From a virus (lineage: Duplodnaviria > Caudoviricetes): a stretch of 47,772 nucleotides of DNA. Made by a program: the position numbers and the translations under genes. How positions within the stretch are numbered: the first letter of the stretch is position 1; each line of letters begins with the position of its first letter. Of the stretch, positions 19,401 to 25,400 are shown piece after piece. The notes beneath the pieces were generated by a model that worked only from the letters and a program-made list of their open reading frames with translations, searched no databases and was not told where the DNA came from. Location of the stretch: positions 1 to 47,772 of IMG/VR virus record IMGVR_UViG_3300018050_000664. One strand, given 5' to 3'.

Positions 19401-22400
19401 TGGGTCTAGTTTTACAGTCCTAATCGACTCTGGCTCATACCTAGTTCCAACAAGAAGGGCTTCGTCGATGAGGGAGAACTTCAACTGGTCGTCGATTTCA
19501 TCAATCTTGGACATGAAGTGCTGGAAGAACGGCTTAATCCTTAGGCACCTCTGTGCGTAAAGTTCGTTAAGCCTGTCTATCCTGCGTTCATTAGTGGACC
19601 TGTCTGGGTACTGGTCGAATACGGCGTGCAGTTCGGTGACTGGGATTTCGATGTACTTCTTGTCTTTTGGCCAAGTCCCGTCGGCCTTCTTCTTGGCTAC
19701 CCAAGCGTCCCACAATTCAATTGGGATAAAGTCTGGCCTTACTGGTTCAAAGGTAATTTTACCCCTGACCGCCTTGAACATGCCGAACTTCTGGAACCCG
19801 TCGTCGTCGTATTTTGCAAAAGCATCTGGATTGATTCCGATGGCCTGCAAAGTTCTAGGAAGTTGCTTGTCGTAGTTGTCTCCCCACTTCCTTTTGAGTG
19901 CCTGCGTGAGCATCTCTGGCGTCGGGTTAGAGTCCTGCACCGCTTTGCTAAGTCGCTCACGACCAAACCCAGAACCATACGAAAACTCAGTTGCGACGAA
20001 CTGGTGGTTGATTGCCAAGACATTGGCAAGTTCCTCACGGGTAAAGGTGACACCAGCGAAGTTGCTCTGAATGATGCCAATGTTGGCCATCCTGATGCCG
20101 TCATTGGACACGCCAAACTTGGCTAAGACAGTGCCGATTTCTTCGGCGTTGATGTGTTCTGGGAAGTCTTCCCTGTAAACTGCGTCAACGGCTTCGGATG
20201 GGGTCCTAAGTTCATTCTCTAGCACAACAGTTCCGTCAACAAGCCTTGCAAGTTCCTCCAGAGAAATGGAGTTCTGCATGTTTTCCGAAAGGCCGTTTGC
20301 GATTGCGAGCCTAGTGTCTGAACCATCGCCGAAGTTGGTATTAATCGGAGAGAAGAGGCCACGATTTCCATACCTAGTTTCGACGACGCCCTCATTCCTT
20401 CCCTCGCTCATCTTCTTGTTTTCGATGATGCCAGTCTTGTAAACCAGTCTGGCCTTTCCGTCGATGACCTCCCAGCCCCTAGCGGAGAAGACATACCTAC
20501 CAAGCCTCCTCAGTTCGGCCTGAGTTCCTTCAAGGTAATAAGAAATGGTGGACAGGCGTGCGATACGCCTAAGTGCTTCAAGTCTTCCGTCTCCAGCGGT
20601 GGTGGTGACTTCCTTGCCCATGCCGAGTCCGCCAATCATCATGTTGGACACCCTTGGAACCTGACCACGCTTGAACATCAAGCCTAGGTCGGTAAGGGAG
20701 TTTGCCTTTCCGATGGTGCCGATAGACCCAGAGTATCCATCCGCAGGCCGTTCTGCATTAAGTTGCTCCTGAGTCATCTTGCGACGCTCGGCAGTCTCAT
20801 AAGCCTGCTTCTCGTTGGTCTGGCCGTAGTACTGCATCAGGCCAAGCGATTCAGCCAAATCCCTAATCTTGTTGGCGTTGAACGCAGGCCCGTTGGTATT
20901 GCGATACTTGAACGAGTCAGTGACCCTGACCACATCAAGCATGAGGTCGAGATACCTAGCATGGTGCGAAAGGTATTCAAAGGCTAGGGACGAAACATCC
21001 CTGCCCATGGTGGAATGAAGGGATGCGATGATTCCGTTACGCTTGGTAAGTAGGCTCTCCGATGGGCCGACAAGAAGGGTGCGTGCGGTATCTGGATGCA
21101 TGAGTCCAGACTTCACTGAATCGCTTAGGACCTGAGCCTGCTTGCTGAGTTCGAGCAGTCCCCTGCTCATGTCGGCAATCTTGCCATACTCCTTTGTCCC
21201 AGCACCGAATTCGAATGCGAGCCTTTCAAAGGACATGGCATCCGCCTCGAACAGCCTGATGGCGTTCGGAAGTGCAAGTTCGCCTACCCTCTGTGCGAGA
21301 GGGCTGTCTAGGAGTTCTACGAGATGCTTTTCAATCTCCTGCTCGCTCAGTTCAAGGGCTTTTGCGATTTCGGCGTCAGCGACGCCAGCCTCCATGGCCT
21401 TCGCCACTTCAAGGTTGATGGCTTCCCCGCCCTTGCCCTTCGCTTCGATAAGAGGGCCGTAGAACGGACCGCCAAGACCCATCATGTTTCGGATGAGGTA
21501 CTTGTAGAGGCCACGCTTGTACTGGGCACTTTCAGAGATGTCAGCGGTCTGCGTCCAAGCCTCAGCCCTCTGGATGGCGTGCTGGATTTCATGGATTAGG
21601 GAACTGAGCACGCTCTCGGAGCGAACGTTATCTGGGATGATGACGCTATCGGCGTCGAGGCCGTTCGCTTCACGTACGGCACCAGAAATAAGCCTGTCGA
21701 TACCAAGAACGATGTGGTCCCTGTTCGGGAAGTACCCAGCACCAAAGCCTTCGACGAAGGAAACCCTGACGTTTCTAAGGCGTGGGTAGTGCTTGTAGAG
21801 CAGGTCGTGCTTAAGGATGTCCCCGAGTTCAACGCTTGGGATTTTCCTGATAGCGTTTCCGATGGCCACTTCGTCCTTGTTGAGGGAGGCTTGCTGGTAC
21901 TCCTTGATGAAGTTTTCGAACCCAGAAGAAGGTGAGTCTAGGTCGTTGATGAACGGAAGCAGATGAATCTTTTCGTCAACAGCACCGAGCAGAAGGCTTG
22001 CACCCTTGTCGCTGAATTCAAACGCCTTGTACATCTTTCCGTTCTCGGCGAAGACCATCCTGAGCATGCCAGCGGACTCCATCATGCGTTCGTTGGCGTC
22101 AAGGGAAGCCCTGAATCCACCGACCATCATGTTGGTGCTACCAATCTCAATGACTGGGCTGGCTGGTTTGGACTTGTCGAATCCAGATTCTACCAGCATC
22201 TCGTTAATCTTGCTAGAGACGTCAGCCATGCTCTTCCTGAAGGCATCGGCCTTTCCAGCGGCGGTTCCGTCGGCGTCCATGTAGGCCTTTGAGAAACTAC
22301 TGTAGCCAGCATCGACGATGGTAGGAACGCCCATGCGTTCGGAAAGGAGAAGGATTCTGGCCACGCCTTCATTTACCGAGCCAGCACCAAGGTACTTGGC

Positions 22401-25400
22401 ATCGTAGAATCCATTAGAAATCATCAGGCTAGCACTTTCCTGCCTGTCTGCGTCACCCATGACCCTAAGGATGTCGTCTTCCATGAGACGCACGGCGTTC
22501 TTTCCGAATTCCGTGCCCATAATCATCTCTTCTCCTACGAGAATCTGAGACAGTGCCGTGGCGTACTGGAAGATTGCGTAGTCACGTGGCGTCGTAATTC
22601 CGTCCGTGAAAATGCTTGTAGCGATACGCCTGACAGCCCTGTAATCCTCAAATGGGTTGGTTCCATCACCAGCCTTTTGCATCAGGGCTGCAAACTTTTG
22701 TGGGTATTCCTTCCCGTACATGTATGCAAGCAGTTTGGAGAACTCTCCGTTCTTGACGTGCTTGTACAGGCTTCCGTTGGAAATCTGTCCGTTGCCTTCC
22801 CCGTGAAGGTAGGGCGAAAGGCCGTTAGCGGCCATGATAGCGTTGATAGAAACCTGAATTCCACGCCTAGAGGCCTTCATGCCTGAATACGGAGTGTTAG
22901 ACCTAGACGCTAGGGTGTCGGTAGTCGCCTTGGCTCCAGCGAGAGAAGAGTATCCGCCAGCGGCAGTTACGTAAGTTACAGTAGGCTGAATGTTCTTTTG
23001 CTCGCCCTTGGTCGGGTCCATGTTTCCGCCAATCGAGAAGATTGCAAAGTCCTCAACGCCCATGAGGGCCCAAGCGGTCTGTGCGGACGCATTCGGTTCT
23101 CCAATGAAAACGACTTCGCCAGCAGAACGTGGGGAAACGTTTTCAACCATGCCATACTCAATTGCGTCTAAGTTTGAGCGTTCCTCCATGCCAGAGAGCC
23201 TGCCTCCGTCCTTTCTGGTCCTGTTTCCCATCTTGGTAACGTGATGGAATCCAGAGAATCCATTCATCATTACCTTGTCATAGGCCTTCCTGTAGGTGGT
23301 TATTCCTTTGCCGAGATTGATGTTGCTCGGTACGTTTCTAGACAGGACCTGCTCTAGTGCCGAAGAAACCTTAAGTACGCTTGGGTTTACGTAGAGGAAC
23401 GTAGAGCCCATGGCCTGAATAACATAGGACGATTTGTTCTTTCCGCTGAACGAATTGATTATCCCGCTGAAGTGATTCGTTATTAAGGCGTGCTCCTGCT
23501 TGGTAAAGCCATGCGGATTAGTCCTTCTTCCGCTGACACCAAACATCATCTCTACTAGGCCAATCCTTTTTGTCGTAGCATCGTACTTCCAGTAATCAGT
23601 GAGAACATCTTCGATGTTACTGGAAGCCTCGTTTTCTAGGACATCCCTAAGCGTGGCGTCTGGGTTCGTCTTCTTCAGTTCTTCAAGTTCTCCAGTGAAC
23701 CTCCTAAGTGAGGCCATTACGTTGGTGTTTCCGTAATACCTCAAGTCTCCATCGACATAGGCTAGCCTATTCGAGTCAACGGCCCCATCGCTAAAAGAGA
23801 TAAGTTCCTGAAGTTTAACCTGAAGCATGGCCTTCAGGCTCTTTTCGACGTTCTTTGCCATGCCACCCTCAATCATGGACACTGGCAAAGTCAGGATGGT
23901 GCGACTATTCCTAGAGGAGGTTACTCCCTCTGAGTATCCACCATGAAGGACGGCCATTGGGCTCGCTACGATTTCGAAGTCCCCAATGAAAGGATAGTCG
24001 GCAATCAGCCTGCTGTCCTTCTTGAAGATGTCCTTCAGTGTAATTGACGCCTGCTGGTAGAACCAGTTTTCGTTTCGAGCCTGAGTGTTGCTGTTGAACT
24101 TGAAATTCTTGGCATCGGCCACGAAATTGTCCCAAGCGTCGTTTCCATCAAGTCGAACGTCCGCTTCGTAGTATCCGCCCTTGCCGACCATCATGTTGGC
24201 CGAAAGGCTAGTAACGTCAGCCAAAGAGGTCTTGATTTCCAAGTCGCCTTCTGGGGCTGGACCCTGCTCGGTTCCTACAAATCCACGGCCCTCCTCTTGA
24301 GGGATGCTCTTCATGTGACGCTCTGCGTAGGACTGAGCCTTGGCCAGAGTCTTGAACGAGCCTACGAGGGCACCGAACGGACTGAACAGGGATAGTTTTC
24401 CTCCGTTCTTCCTAATTTCGTAGCCAATGTGGTTAGACCAATAGGAACCATCCTGACCGACTGGGTATTCCACGAATCCACCAACCATCATGTTACGCCT
24501 TACGCCTTCGTATGCGTTGACGTGGTTGTATGGCAGGTTGCCTAGGTCGGTTCCAAATGTCTCTTGGAACACCGAGGTCTGCTTCTGCATGTTGGCGAGA
24601 AGTTCAAACCTGAGGGAGTGGAAAGGGTAGTTAGGGCCGTCGGCGTTGCCAGCATAGCCAGACTTAGGTGCGTTGATGAAGGATTCATCCATACGCTTCC
24701 TGCCGCCGAAAGTTTCATACATGACATCCCTGACAGCCTCGGCGTTGTCGCCAAACTCTGGCTTGAACCTCTCAACGGACGTCTTCCTGCTGGAGGAGTC
24801 CTGAGAGAGGTTGTGCATGTAGTCCGTGAAGGTCCTAGTGTAGTGGCCAAAGTCGGTGAAAAGAGAGCGTACGTCAGCCCTCTGCCACAGTTTCATCCTT
24901 CGACGATTAAGAACACGGACGTCAACGGCATGAACAGTTACATGGCCTTTTGGCTTTTTCAGCGGGTTGCCGTACTCGTCATACTTATCGAACCTAAGTT
25001 CGATTGCGTATGGGGAGAAATGCCTGTTCGTAACTGGGACGTCGCTACCAGTCAGACGCCTGACCTGACCATCAATAACTACCTGATGAGTGCGTCCAAG
25101 ATACTGGGAGATAAAGGTGTTGAAGACTGGCTTTCCAGCACGGGTATTCCTTACGACTTCGGTCAGTCCCCTCAGTTCATCAACTTCAGACCTGCTGTAA
25201 GCACCAGAATTAATGACCGAATCCCACTGTTTCTTATTGAGCGTGGTCAGGTCGAGGGTCCTGTTTCCGTTCTGGTCCACGTTAAACCTAGGACGCTCGC
25301 TTTCTGGGAGTGCGTCTAAGGCGTCTGCAATCTTTTCGGTATTGCGGGTGATGATTTCGTCAACCTCCGCCTTCCCCTTCATGACCTTTCCGCCCTTTAC

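Noticed and set aside
21471-21488. Seventh NMM motif (NMMGLGG) as a module boundary
   Set aside because: It lacks [VI]G spacing and lies inside the zincin module between HEIQH and its downstream conserved Glu
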